Source of the DNA: Spirochaetota bacterium
GTDB taxonomy: Bacteria > Spirochaetota > B62-G9 > DRHN01
DNA length: 64,000 nt
Direction of reading: 5' to 3'
Assembly: GCA_016934265.1 (NCBI GenBank)
Contig: JAFGTF010000022.1
Span: forward strand, 9,172-73,171
Part shown: piece by piece, positions 30,210 through 39,751 of the stretch
Layout of the letters: each line of letters begins with the position of its first letter
Numbering within the stretch: the first letter of the stretch is position 1
Notes under the pieces: model-generated
The model's database searches: none
What the model was told of the DNA's origin: nothing
The model's input: the letters and a program-made list of their open reading frames with translations, nothing else
Translations under genes and position numbers: made by a program

Positions 30210-32866
30210 AACTTGTCCGCCTCGACTTTACTCGCGATCCGTCCCGGTTCGCTGCGGTGTATATTAAGAAAAATAAGCTTCACCCGCAAAGGACGCTCGT
30301 AATCACGCCGACGGAGCGTTTTAAGGCATATATGGCCCGAGCCCTTCTTGATACATACGGTACCGAAGACGCAATATCCCCCGCTATGATGAAGATAGGC
30401 GACCTCTCACAGGTCCTCGCCGGGTATGAGGGGCGGGAGCTCGCGAACGAAATGCAGAAGCTCAACCTCCTGTACAACGCCTGCGGGAGAACCGGCGGGT
30501 TCGAAGAGCTGTTCGGAAAAGACGTTTTTTCCGGATTCTCCTCGTTTCAGCGACTCGCACGGGGCCTGCTCGGCGCGTTCGAAGAGATCAACCGGATGGA
30601 GGCGGACCTCGGCGGGGGGGTAAGTGCCGAGTACTATGAAGGCTTCGTACGTCACTTCGAAATATTCCGCCGGATTTATGAAAGCTATAGGACGGTTCAG
30701 CAGGAGCGCGGGCTCTTCGATACCGGTTTTCTCCTCGAAAAGGTGAAAGAGAGGAATATTAGAGATTTTTTTTCCGTGTACGACGACGTGGTATTCATCT
30801 CACCGCTCCTTCTCACCGCTTTCGAGCGCCGGGTCTTCCGCCTTGTGGAGGACAAGCTGCACGTCATCTACCAGGACACGGACGAATATGACTTTTCGGA
30901 CCTCTTGACCTACCGTGGCCCGGACACGGACGAATATGACTTTTCGGACCTCTTGACCTACCGTGGCCAGGACACGGAGCATGATCCCTATAAAAGCAGG
31001 CCCGCGAACGGGTCGGAAACCCCGGGAAGGCTCGTTCTCCACGAAACGTCCACCAGGATCGAGACCGTCATGCTCGTTTTATCGCTCATCGAAAAGGAGC
31101 GCGACAGGGGCGTAGAGCCGCACGAAATCGCGGTGCTCAACATAGATCCTGAGGTGTGCGAGATGGTCCTTCGGTCGTGCGGGAAGCTCGGGATACCGGC
31201 GAACTACACGCGAGGCGTTGCAGTGAGAAAGGCGCCGGTCTTTGTGTTTCTCAGGCTCGTCGGCGATTTCTTCGACTCGGGTATGGACTCGGCAGTTTTA
31301 ACCCAGCTCGTACGGTCCGAGTTCTTCTGCGAGCTTTCGGGACTGAGGGATTGGAAAAAGCTGCACGAGCGGATCATAAAAGGGAGGGTCTTCTCCACAA
31401 GACCTCTTGCCGACGGCCTTCTCGATGAGAAGAGCAGTGAGGTCCTCGCTCGCCTTCGGGACCTGTACACGGCGAAGGGTTTCGATACGCTGTATAAAAG
31501 GCTTCTGTCCCTCTTCGAAACGCTCGGAGGGAAGCGGCCGTTCGAGTTCTACACCGTCAGGGACATGCTTCTCGAGTGCGTGCTGCAGCTAGACGAGCTT
31601 GCGGTGGCGCTACCGGAATCGTGTTTCGACATCTTCCTGCAGTACGCGGCAAGCAGGAGGTATACCCTGAAAGGGGCCGTCGGGGAAGGGGTTCAGATCG
31701 TCGGCCTGCTCGAAACGAGAGGGGTTTCCTTCAGGACCGTCATCGTGCCGACCTTCAACGAGGGGTATTTCCCTACGGCCCCCGACTTCGACATGGTCTT
31801 CTCCTCAGACCTGAAAAAAGCGCTCGGGCTTTTGACACGGTCCGACCGGGAGAAGCTCGAGTTCTACTATCTGAAACGGCTTTTAGATGCATCGGAGCGC
31901 GCACACCTCATACCGATACGGGATTCGGTCGGGGAGTTCGAAATACCGAGCAGGTACTGCCACATCCTGAGCACCGAAAAGGGCGGGGGGGTTCCCCACA
32001 CGCTCCCCGTCCCGAAAAGGGCTTTTTCGGCGGGACCTGCTTCCGACGGGCCCCCGCGGCTTACGACGAGGCCGGGCAGCTACAGCAGACTCGACATCCA
32101 CCGACTGAAGCGGTGCGAGACGCAGTACTACATTGCGAAGACGCTGAAAATCGAGGGAGAGAAGGTCCTTTCGAAAAAGATCGAGATGGACTTCGTGGGA
32201 CTTTTGGTGCACAAGTTCCTCAGGGACCTGTACGGCGGTCTCGACTTCGAAAATCTCCCCGAAAGAGAAGAATTCGAGCGATCGATAGTTCAGCGATTTA
32301 ACGCGGAATTCACGGACGGCCTCTTCGGCACGCGCGAGGAGGTCTTCGCAAGAAGGATACTGCTCGAAAACCTGAAAGATTCCCTCATGAAAGACTACGA
32401 GCGGTTTCGGGAGGGAACCGCCGTGTGCGGTGACCTGCTCGAGCGCGACTTTACGGCCACCGTCGGCGGCTTCAATCTCACGGGAAGGATAGACAGGATC
32501 GACCGCTCTATTGACGGGGGGTATACGATTCTCGACTACAAGACCGGGAGAGTGCCCGATAAAAAGGACCATATGCCCGAGAAAGACTACATGGAGGCGC
32601 AGCTCGGATTCTACGGGCTTTTGTTCTTGAAAACCTTTCCCGACCGCCGCATGGGCGGCCTCGGCTACTACGACCTCTCCAAAAATAAAGACGTCGTGAT
32701 TCTCGTGAAGGGGGAGGAGGCGAAGGCGTACGTCGACGGTTTCGAAACGCACCTCGTGGGGTTTTTAGAGCGGTTCGAGAAGAAAGAGGGGCTTTCTCTT
32801 GCAGCGGATATGGCCTGTTGCACGTACTGCCCCTACTATACGATATGCAGGGTATACGACGCATGA
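30206..32866 (+). CDS. addB: AddB-like helicase-nuclease subunit (inactivated helicase region plus C-terminal RecB-type nuclease with an Fe-S motif)
   Basis: GTG at 30206 behind a GAGGAGGGC RBS (GTGA overlap). C-terminal 'ILDYKTGR' nuclease motif and 'CCTYCPYYTIC' cysteine cluster. It lies immediately upstream of, and is coupled to, the UvrD-type AddA. Confidence 0.7.
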   Translation: MKLVRLDFTRDPSRFAAVYIKKNKLHPQRTLVITPTERFKAYMARALLDTYGTEDAISPAMMKIGDLSQVLAGYEGRELANEMQKLNLLYNACGRTGGFEELFGKDVFSGFSSFQRLARGLLGAFEEINRMEADLGGGVSAEYYEGFVRHFEIFRRIYESYRTVQQERGLFDTGFLLEKVKERNIRDFFSVYDDVVFISPLLLTAFERRVFRLVEDKLHVIYQDTDEYDFSDLLTYRGPDTDEYDFSDLLTYRGQDTEHDPYKSRPANGSETPGRLVLHETSTRIETVMLVLSLIEKERDRGVEPHEIAVLNIDPEVCEMVLRSCGKLGIPANYTRGVAVRKAPVFVFLRLVGDFFDSGMDSAVLTQLVRSEFFCELSGLRDWKKLHERIIKGRVFSTRPLADGLLDEKSSEVLARLRDLYTAKGFDTLYKRLLSLFETLGGKRPFEFYTVRDMLLECVLQLDELAVALPESCFDIFLQYAASRRYTLKGAVGEGVQIVGLLETRGVSFRTVIVPTFNEGYFPTAPDFDMVFSSDLKKALGLLTRSDREKLEFYYLKRLLDASERAHLIPIRDSVGEFEIPSRYCHILSTEKGGGVPHTLPVPKRAFSAGPASDGPPRLTTRPGSYSRLDIHRLKRCETQYYIAKTLKIEGEKVLSKKIEMDFVGLLVHKFLRDLYGGLDFENLPEREEFERSIVQRFNAEFTDGLFGTREEVFARRILLENLKDSLMKDYERFREGTAVCGDLLERDFTATVGGFNLTGRIDRIDRSIDGGYTILDYKTGRVPDKKDHMPEKDYMEAQLGFYGLLFLKTFPDRRMGGLGYYDLSKNKDVVILVKGEEAKAYVDGFETHLVGFLERFEKKEGLSLAADMACCTYCPYYTICRVYDA
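30874..30969 (+). repeat. 48-bp in-frame tandem duplication inside addB (two full copies plus a diverged third)
   Basis: 'GGACACGGACGAATATGACTTTTCGGACCTCTTGACCTACCGTGGCC(C/A)' at 30874-30921 and 30922-30969 encodes DTDEYDFSDLLTYRGP/Q twice. A third copy begins at 30970 and diverges. Confidence 0.85.
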
Positions 32867-35800
32867 GCGACGGATACGAGCGAGACGACATGATTTCAGA
32901 AGGACCGGATCCACTGTCGGTGTATAATCCGGAAGAATCGTTCGCGCTTTCGGCGTCCGCAGGATCCGGCAAGACCTTCGCCCTTACCACGAGGCTCTTG
33001 GCCATGCTTTTGTCCGGGCGGTCGTGCGGCGAGATCCTCGCCATTACCTTCACCAACCTCGCGGCGAACGAGATACGAGACGGCCTTTTCAAACGCCTCG
33101 ACGCGCTGGAGAACGGAAGTCCCGAGGAGACCGCCATCTACACCGGGCTTTTGAAAACGGACGGGGAAACGCTCAAACGCAGGGCGAGAAAGCTGCGCTA
33201 CGATCTCGTCGGACAGTTCGGCTTTCTTCGCGTCTCGACCATTCACAGCTTTCTCGGCAGGATGATATTTGCCTTCCCGAAAGAGACGGGGTACATGCTC
33301 GACCTTTCGATCATCGACGAACGGGAGAAGGAAAAACTGCTGTCCGAGTCCCTCGAGGATTTCTACCGCCTGATAGCGGCCGATAGCCACCTCTTCGACC
33401 GCATCCTCGACTTCATACGGGTCTACCGGGAGGGAAGGGCGAAGACGGAAGCCGTGCTCCTCGACATCCACGCGAAAATCGCGGCGAAACGCTACGTTCT
33501 CGGGGAGATGGTGGGGGGGGAGGCGAAGCGAAGCGCAGGCGTTGTTTACGAATATGCCGCGTGCAAGAAGAAACTGTGGTCTCGGGAGACCATGCAGCGC
33601 GTGCGGCTTCTCGCGGAGGCCGCAGTCTCCCATATGGAGGGGCACGGGGAGAACAAAAACCTCGGCTCCTTCGTGCGGGACCTCGATGAATTCCTCGAAA
33701 AAAGAAACCCGAAGGCCCTCTATAAAATGCCGGCATTCAGGCGGGCGGAACAGGAAGGGCCCATCAGATACCTCAAGCCGTTTTTCGACGGCACGGAAAA
33801 AGAGGATCCTCCGGCTTTCCGGAAGGCCTTCGAAGCGGTGAGGGAGGATATCCGAAGATACGTCGCGTCCGAGATGGAATACTACATCGATACCTGGTTC
33901 GAGATCTTCCGGCGCGTGCAGCTGTTCTACGAAGAGAGGAAGAAAAAGAGGCATGTCATCGATTTCGACGATATCGAGCTTGTCTCGCTCCGCCTTCTTC
34001 AGGCCCTCTCGGATTACGGGTATCTGGACTTCAGGCTCGACTCCAGGATACGCTACGTCCTTATCGACGAGTTCCAGGATACATCCGAATCGCAGTGGGA
34101 GGTCCTGAAAGAGGTCGTGCGCAGGGCGCTTCTTGAGGGCGGAAATATTTTCTACGTCGGGGACGTCAAGCAGTCCATATACCGGTTCAGGGGAGGGGAG
34201 CCGTGGCTGTTCGGGGAGGTGAGAAAAACCCTCGGCATCCCGGAGAGAAGTCTCGAGTACAACTTCAGGCAGAACGGGCTTTTACTCGGGACGGTGAACG
34301 GCGTCTTCGAAAGAATATCGAAGGAGGTCTTCTCGGAATACGGCTATAAAACACAGCTTCTTCCGCCGGGACGAAGAGAACGCGACCGGGGGTTTCTTTC
34401 GGTAAAACGGTACGAAAAAAAAGAGGCGCTTTTCGACGGGCTCGTCGATACCGTACGCGGGCTCGAGAAACAGGGCGTGTCATTGAGCGACATCGCGGTC
34501 TTATGCCGGAGAAATTCGGAGGCGGAAGAGGTCGAGTCGCTGTTATTTTCACACCGCATTCCGTACAGGACGTCCGGAAGGAGTCCGCTTCTTTTGGACC
34601 CCGCCGTCTTGGACGTCGTGAATCTGTTGAAGCTCTGTGTGCGGCCCGACGAGCCGGTGCTGTTCTGTGGCTTCCTCCGGTCCCGTATGGCGGGTTTTTC
34701 ATATGAAAAGCTCGGGCATATCGGTGTCATGGGAAAAGACGGCCTGAAAAGGTACGACCCGAGCCTCGATAAAAAGTTGGGCGGGATCATCGAAGGATCG
34801 CGCTATTTGCTTCCGTCCGAGGTCGTGTGGCGCATCTACGACGAGCTCTGCGCCCTTGATGCGTATCCTCACCACCGGGAAGCCCTCTTGGATCTTTTGG
34901 AAACGGCGGTGAGCTTCGAGAACGGGAGGGAGATACCGACGCTCGAGCGTTTCTTAGGCTGGCTCGAAGAGAGCGGGCTGAACCTCCCCATAAAATCCGG
35001 GGCTGGACGGGGGATCGTCGTCCAGACGATACACAAGGCCAAGGGGCTCGAATACCACACCGTCATACTGCCGTATCTTTCCAAGCCTTTCAGGTTCAGG
35101 CTCGACAACTCTCTTTTGTATACCCGGAATGAAAAGGGAAAGGTGGATGCGGTGGGGATTGCCGGCTCTACATACGCCGCGTACCTCGGCATGGAGGGAA
35201 TGATCAGGCAAAACGATTTGGAGTACAGGATCGACGAGCTCAACGGGTTGTATGTCGCGCTCACCAGGGCGCGCGAGAACCTCGTCGTACTCCCGCTTCT
35301 TGCACGCGGTGAGACGATCGGGGATGTCTTCCTTACTGCATTCGATCCGGGGTATAAGAAAGAGGGGGGGGTGTACGGGAAAACGCTGGGGAGGGTCGTA
35401 CCGAGCACGGAAAAAGCCGAGCACACCGAGCGGTCATACGAAAAGCGGCCGTTTGAAGCAGGGACCGGGAAGCACGAGCTCGTGTCTGACGAGCCGTATG
35501 CGGTCGCGGCCGACCTGCGGAAGAGGAGGGCGGGTCTCTTGAAGGGCCTTCTCTTCCATAAGGCGATCGAGATGTCGAAAACGCTTCCCTCTGCGGACGA
35601 GATCGAAAGGCTCGTCGACCGGGCGATGGCGCTCGTCGGCATCCCCTATACGAAGCGTGAGCGCATGACGGCGGAAGCGGGTGCGAAGCGAGCCCTGTTC
35701 AACACCGTCGACGATAAGAGGCTCGCCCGCTACTTTTCCGATGAGGCCGCTTCCGAAATAGAGACGCTTTCTTCGAAGTATAAAAACCTTCTTGGAAGGG

Positions 35801-36033
35801 TAGACAGGGCGTATATCGGTGATATAATATCGATCATCGACTTCAAGACGGACGAGCCGAAAGAAGGCGGCGACTTAGGCGAGCTTGTTAGAGTATATAG
35901 GGGACAGGTTTCCTCGTACTGCAGGGCGTTCGAGAATATCTTTTCAAAACGGCCGGTGGAGGGGTGGCTGTATTTCACCGAGGCTCCCCTGAAAGAACGG
36001 CTTGTCAAGGTATACGAAAAGGAGGAACCATGA
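32863..36033 (+). CDS. addA: AddA-like UvrD/Rep superfamily-1 helicase with a C-terminal nuclease
   Basis: Walker A 'ASAGSGKTFALT'; helicase motifs 'DEFQDTS', 'VGDVKQSIYRFRGG', 'TIHKAKGLE'; C-terminal 'IIDFKTDEP' nuclease motif. Confidence 0.8.
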   Translation: MSDGYERDDMISEGPDPLSVYNPEESFALSASAGSGKTFALTTRLLAMLLSGRSCGEILAITFTNLAANEIRDGLFKRLDALENGSPEETAIYTGLLKTDGETLKRRARKLRYDLVGQFGFLRVSTIHSFLGRMIFAFPKETGYMLDLSIIDEREKEKLLSESLEDFYRLIAADSHLFDRILDFIRVYREGRAKTEAVLLDIHAKIAAKRYVLGEMVGGEAKRSAGVVYEYAACKKKLWSRETMQRVRLLAEAAVSHMEGHGENKNLGSFVRDLDEFLEKRNPKALYKMPAFRRAEQEGPIRYLKPFFDGTEKEDPPAFRKAFEAVREDIRRYVASEMEYYIDTWFEIFRRVQLFYEERKKKRHVIDFDDIELVSLRLLQALSDYGYLDFRLDSRIRYVLIDEFQDTSESQWEVLKEVVRRALLEGGNIFYVGDVKQSIYRFRGGEPWLFGEVRKTLGIPERSLEYNFRQNGLLLGTVNGVFERISKEVFSEYGYKTQLLPPGRRERDRGFLSVKRYEKKEALFDGLVDTVRGLEKQGVSLSDIAVLCRRNSEAEEVESLLFSHRIPYRTSGRSPLLLDPAVLDVVNLLKLCVRPDEPVLFCGFLRSRMAGFSYEKLGHIGVMGKDGLKRYDPSLDKKLGGIIEGSRYLLPSEVVWRIYDELCALDAYPHHREALLDLLETAVSFENGREIPTLERFLGWLEESGLNLPIKSGAGRGIVVQTIHKAKGLEYHTVILPYLSKPFRFRLDNSLLYTRNEKGKVDAVGIAGSTYAAYLGMEGMIRQNDLEYRIDELNGLYVALTRARENLVVLPLLARGETIGDVFLTAFDPGYKKEGGVYGKTLGRVVPSTEKAEHTERSYEKRPFEAGTGKHELVSDEPYAVAADLRKRRAGLLKGLLFHKAIEMSKTLPSADEIERLVDRAMALVGIPYTKRERMTAEAGAKRALFNTVDDKRLARYFSDEAASEIETLSSKYKNLLGRVDRAYIGDIISIIDFKTDEPKEGGDLGELVRVYRGQVSSYCRAFENIFSKRPVEGWLYFTEAPLKERLVKVYEKEEP

Positions 36034-36836
36034 TCGTTTCCGTGATACAGTTCGAAACGAAAGGCAAAGAGGTCGTCTTGGACAGGGGCCTCGAGCTTAT
36101 AGAAAAGGCCTTGAAGGGGAAACCGGATCTCATCGTGCTTCAGGAGCTTTTCAACACCCTGTATTTCCCCCAGTACGAGAACAAGGAATTTTTCGGCCTC
36201 GCGGAAGAGATACCCGGCGTCACGACGGAGAAGATCGCCGAAAAGGTCAAAGGAAGCGGAACTACGGTCGTGGCGCCGATCTTCGAGAAGAGCAAGGACC
36301 GCTACTTCTGCTCCGCTGCGGTGGTCGATCCGGAGCGGGGAGTGGTCGGGACCTACCGCAAGCTGCACGTGCCGACGATTCCGGATATCCACGAGCCGTA
36401 CTACTTTCACAAAGGCGACCGCGGCCACCAGGTTTTCGACGTTGCGGGGGTCCGCATCGCCGTGATGCTCTGCTACGACCGCCATTTCCCGGAGAGTGCG
36501 AGGCTCTACGGCCTCAAGGAGGTTGATCTCCTCTGCGTCAGCTCTGCAACGCCGAAAAAAGCGGCGGGTCCCTGGTACTTCGAGATGCAGGCGCACGCGT
36601 TCTCGAACTGCTTCGCAGTCGCCTGCGCGAACAGATCGGGAACGGAAGACGGGGCAGAGTTTTTGGGATCGAGCTTCATTGCGGACCACAAGGGCGGGAT
36701 CGTCGCAAAATGCAGGGACTCGGGAGACTGCGTCATCACCGCGGATATCAACATAGAAGCGATCAGGGAGACGAAAAAGAAGCTCGCGTTCTACCGGGAC
36801 CGGCGGCCCGATCTCTACCGGGAGCTCGGCAGATAA
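36030..36836 (+). CDS. carbon-nitrogen hydrolase (nitrilase superfamily; N-carbamoylputrescine-amidase-like)
   Basis: Catalytic-triad context: 'VLQELF' (Glu), 'YRKLH' (Lys), 'GVRIAVMLCYDRHFPE' (Cys). The start overlaps the addA stop (ATGA). Confidence 0.8.
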   Translation: MIVSVIQFETKGKEVVLDRGLELIEKALKGKPDLIVLQELFNTLYFPQYENKEFFGLAEEIPGVTTEKIAEKVKGSGTTVVAPIFEKSKDRYFCSAAVVDPERGVVGTYRKLHVPTIPDIHEPYYFHKGDRGHQVFDVAGVRIAVMLCYDRHFPESARLYGLKEVDLLCVSSATPKKAAGPWYFEMQAHAFSNCFAVACANRSGTEDGAEFLGSSFIADHKGGIVAKCRDSGDCVITADINIEAIRETKKKLAFYRDRRPDLYRELGR

Positions 36837-37143
36837 CGCGAAGGATCCACCGTTAATTACCCTGAGCACGGTCGTTTTCAGGCGTATATGTATCCGCTTA
36901 ATCGTATGCCCCGGACCGTGTGCAGGGTGTTCTATAATCATAAATAATACTCCCCCTTGATTGGTACGGAATCGATGTACCGGCCCAAATAAAGCGGCGA
37001 TCCGGCCTTGTTTCATCTTTAGACGGAAAATTTGATTTAACAGGTCGTCGGACTTATTATCATACGGATGTTGCGTAATCCACCGGATATTTTTTTATCC
37101 GCCGGATATCTTTTCATCCGCCCCCTTGATAAAGGGAAGGAGT

Positions 37144-37746
37144 ATGAAACGTTTCTTATTACTTTTATTACTGCCTTTCTTCCTTCTTACGCGAGGAGAG
37201 CTAAAGGCCCATCCCCACGTCTTTTTAGACACGAGGGTCACGGTGGTGCTCGACTCGGAGGGCGTTACGGGTTTCTGGATCGAGTGGGAGTTCGACGAGA
37301 TGTTCAGCGCGATGATAATCCAGGACTTCGACGAAGATTATGATTTCTCCTTCAGCCCCGCCGAGATAGCGAACATCGAAAAGAACGCGTTCTCCAATTT
37401 GAAGAATTTTCACTATTTCACCTATGTCTCCTGGAAGGGTGGGGAGTATACGGGAAAAAAAATTCGAGACTTCTCCGCCTCCATCAGGGGTGATACGCTG
37501 GTGTACCGGTTTTTCGTACCGTGCAGGATCGGTATCGACGATACCGGGATGGTTATAAAGGTCTGGATCTACGACGACAGCTACTACTGCGACGTCGGGT
37601 TCGCCGAGGAAGAACCGGCTGCCTTCGAGGGTGAGAAAGGGTACGGTATTGAAGCGGTAATCGCAAGGGATGAACGCATAACCTACTACTTCGGGCAGGT
37701 TTCCCCGCAGGTGCTTCGGCTCTCGGTCAGGAGAAACGATGGATAG
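37144..37746 (+). CDS. DUF1007 family periplasmic protein (partner of NicO-type nickel/cobalt transporters)
   Basis: Signal peptide 'MKRFLLLLLLPFFLLTRGELKAHPHVF' and a DUF1007-like body. ATG at 37144 behind an AAGGGAAGGAG RBS. The 3' end overlaps the next gene. Confidence 0.55.
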   Translation: MKRFLLLLLLPFFLLTRGELKAHPHVFLDTRVTVVLDSEGVTGFWIEWEFDEMFSAMIIQDFDEDYDFSFSPAEIANIEKNAFSNLKNFHYFTYVSWKGGEYTGKKIRDFSASIRGDTLVYRFFVPCRIGIDDTGMVIKVWIYDDSYYCDVGFAEEEPAAFEGEKGYGIEAVIARDERITYYFGQVSPQVLRLSVRRNDG

Positions 37747-38629
37747 AAGGCGCCTTATCATTCTGCCGGTTTTTATCGTGCTGCTTTTGTGCGTCGCCGC
37801 CGCGGCGCTCGGCGACAACCCTTTTATGGGCGGAACGGCGGTCGAGAAATCGAAACGGGGGCTGAACTACCCCCTGTTCGTGAAACGGTTCATGCGGAAG
37901 ATCGGCCTGCTGCAGCGGAATCTGAACGAGCGGATGACCTCGCTCGGTAAAGAGATCAAGACAAAAGAGAACCCGCGTGCGGCCTTCATGCTGTTTGCGC
38001 TCGTGTTCGCGTACGGGGTCGTTCACGCGCTCGGTCCGGGGCACGGGAAGACGGTTTCCGGTTCCTATTTCCTTACCAGGCGGGCGACCGTGAAAAACGG
38101 AATAATCCTGGGGTCCGTCATTGCGCTGATACACGCCGTGTCGGCCGTGTCCGTGGTCCTCGTTCTCTACTTCATATTGAAGAAGGGCATCGGCGTGTCG
38201 ATGGAGCACTATTCGAGGGTCGTGAAGATCATAAGCGCGGGTGCGATCGTGCTAATCGGCCTCTTCCTCTTCGCGCGGAGGATACTGAAAAAGGTACCGT
38301 CCGAACGAGAGAGCCTCCCCCGCGACAGAAGCATACTTTTAATCGCCCTCGCAGTCGGAATCGTGCCCTGTCCCGGCGCGGTGCTCATACTGCTTTTTTC
38401 GATGAGCATGGATATCATAGGGTACGGCGTGTTGCTCGCCTTCGTGATGTCGCTCGGCATGGCCCTTACCATTTCGGTGACCTGCTGTGCGGTCATTACC
38501 GCGAAAAAGGGGATATTCGGTTCGGGTGAGGAGAGAGGAGTGAGGCGCACCGCTCTTTTTTCCGTTGAAATCACAGGCGCCGTTATCGTGGTTCTGTTCG
38601 GCACCTTTCTTCTGGCCGGCGCGGTATGA
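37739..38629 (+). CDS. nickel/cobalt transporter, NicO/RcnA-like family
   Basis: Signature 'HALGPGHGK' and a His-containing loop, with a 6-TM topology. Confidence 0.75.
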   Translation: MDRRRLIILPVFIVLLLCVAAAALGDNPFMGGTAVEKSKRGLNYPLFVKRFMRKIGLLQRNLNERMTSLGKEIKTKENPRAAFMLFALVFAYGVVHALGPGHGKTVSGSYFLTRRATVKNGIILGSVIALIHAVSAVSVVLVLYFILKKGIGVSMEHYSRVVKIISAGAIVLIGLFLFARRILKKVPSERESLPRDRSILLIALAVGIVPCPGAVLILLFSMSMDIIGYGVLLAFVMSLGMALTISVTCCAVITAKKGIFGSGEERGVRRTALFSVEITGAVIVVLFGTFLLAGAV

Positions 38630-38673
38630 AAAAAAAGGCGGCACCAAGGCCGCCCTTCCTCTTGTGGTCGTAT

Positions 38674-38821
38674 TAAAATGGGGACAGCGCCTATTTTACA
38701 TGATCAAACATACGGCGACTGTCCCTGTTTTTTTATCGTATAACTTTCGGTAAAAGTTGGATTTCGCGTATTTTAACAGCACAAACGAGGATATTTAAAA
38801 TAGGGCGCTGTCCCCATTTTA
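38674..38821. repeat. 25/26-bp near-perfect inverted repeat flanking a 97-bp AT-rich core
   Basis: Left arm 38674-38698 is 'TAAAATGGGGACAGCGCCTATTTTA'. Right arm 38796-38821 is 'TAAAATAGGGCGCTGTCCCCATTTTA', its reverse complement apart from one C indel. The right arm overlaps the TAA stop of the transketolase C-subunit gene. Confidence 0.8.
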
Positions 38822-39751
38822 CAGAAACCCCTTCACCGTCTCTTTTATCTGATCGGGAAGAAGGCCGTAGAGACCGAGGAGGTCGTCGTACGGGCCGTTG
38901 CTTGCGAACTGGTCGTCGATACCGATCATCTTCACCTTCGTGCACACGCCTTCACGCGCGAGCGTCTCGCAGACGATGCTCCCCAGGCCGCCCGCGAGGT
39001 AGTGCTCTTCCACGGTGACGATCGTACCGGTCTCTTTCGCCGCCTTCAGCACTATCCCGGAGTCGAAGGGCTTCAGTGTGTGGATGTCGATGAGCCGCAC
39101 GTCGACGCCCTCTTTTTTGAGCGCCTCGGCCGCGGCGTGCGCATTCGCGAACACCGTACCGGTGCCGATGAGGGTCACGTCTTTTCCGTCCCTGACAAGG
39201 TATCCCTTTCCCAGCTCGAACGGGTAGTTCTCCTCGAAGAGAACCGGCATCTTCTCCTTGCCGATCTTAATGTAGCAGGGGCCGGTGATGTCCGCGGCGG
39301 CGTGCACCACCTTCTTTATCTCGACCGGGTCGGCGGGATTGAGCACCGTGACGCCGGGAATCGTACGTATGAGCGCGACGTCGTCGAGGGACTGGTGCGT
39401 GGGGCCGAGGTCCGAATAGGAGATGCCTGCGCAACGGCCCACGACCTTTACGTTCTGCCGCATATAGCCGAGGTCGTTTCTGAACATCTCGAACGGCCTC
39501 GCGGTCACGAACGGCGCGATCGCCACGACGAACGGAATCTTGCCGGTCGTCGCGAGACCGGATGCGAACCCTATGACGCCCTGCTCCATGATGCCGAACT
39601 CCAGGTGGCGATCGGGAAACTTCTCCTTGAAGGGGGTCATACCGGACCCGCCCGAGCTGTCGGCGGATATGGCAATGACAGTTCCGTATTTTTCGCCGAC
39701 CTCGACCAGCGCCTCGCCAAATGTTTTTCTCGGGTCCTTGCTCTCGCTCAT
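38819..39751 (-). CDS. tktB: transketolase, C-terminal subunit
   Basis: Pyrimidine-binding and C-terminal domains: 'GIMEQGVIGFASGLA', 'THQSLDDVALIRTIPG'. Confidence 0.9.
   Translation of the reverse strand: MSESKDPRKTFGEALVEVGEKYGTVIAISADSSGGSGMTPFKEKFPDRHLEFGIMEQGVIGFASGLATTGKIPFVVAIAPFVTARPFEMFRNDLGYMRQNVKVVGRCAGISYSDLGPTHQSLDDVALIRTIPGVTVLNPADPVEIKKVVHAAADITGPCYIKIGKEKMPVLFEENYPFELGKGYLVRDGKDVTLIGTGTVFANAHAAAEALKKEGVDVRLIDIHTLKPFDSGIVLKAAKETGTIVTVEEHYLAGGLGSIVCETLAREGVCTKVKMIGIDDQFASNGPYDDLLGLYGLLPDQIKETVKGFL

Noticed and set aside
30874-30985. Possible CRISPR-like repeats
   Set aside because: There are only about 2.3 tandem copies, contiguous without spacers, in frame inside addB.
32896-33954. 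352-aa minus-strand ORF inside addA
   Set aside because: It is antisense to the well-supported UvrD-type helicase and has no family similarity.
35730-37016. 428-aa minus-strand ORF
   Set aside because: It is antisense to the addA 3' end and the whole nitrilase-family gene, with low-complexity Arg/Pro-rich translation typical of a high-GC antisense artefact.
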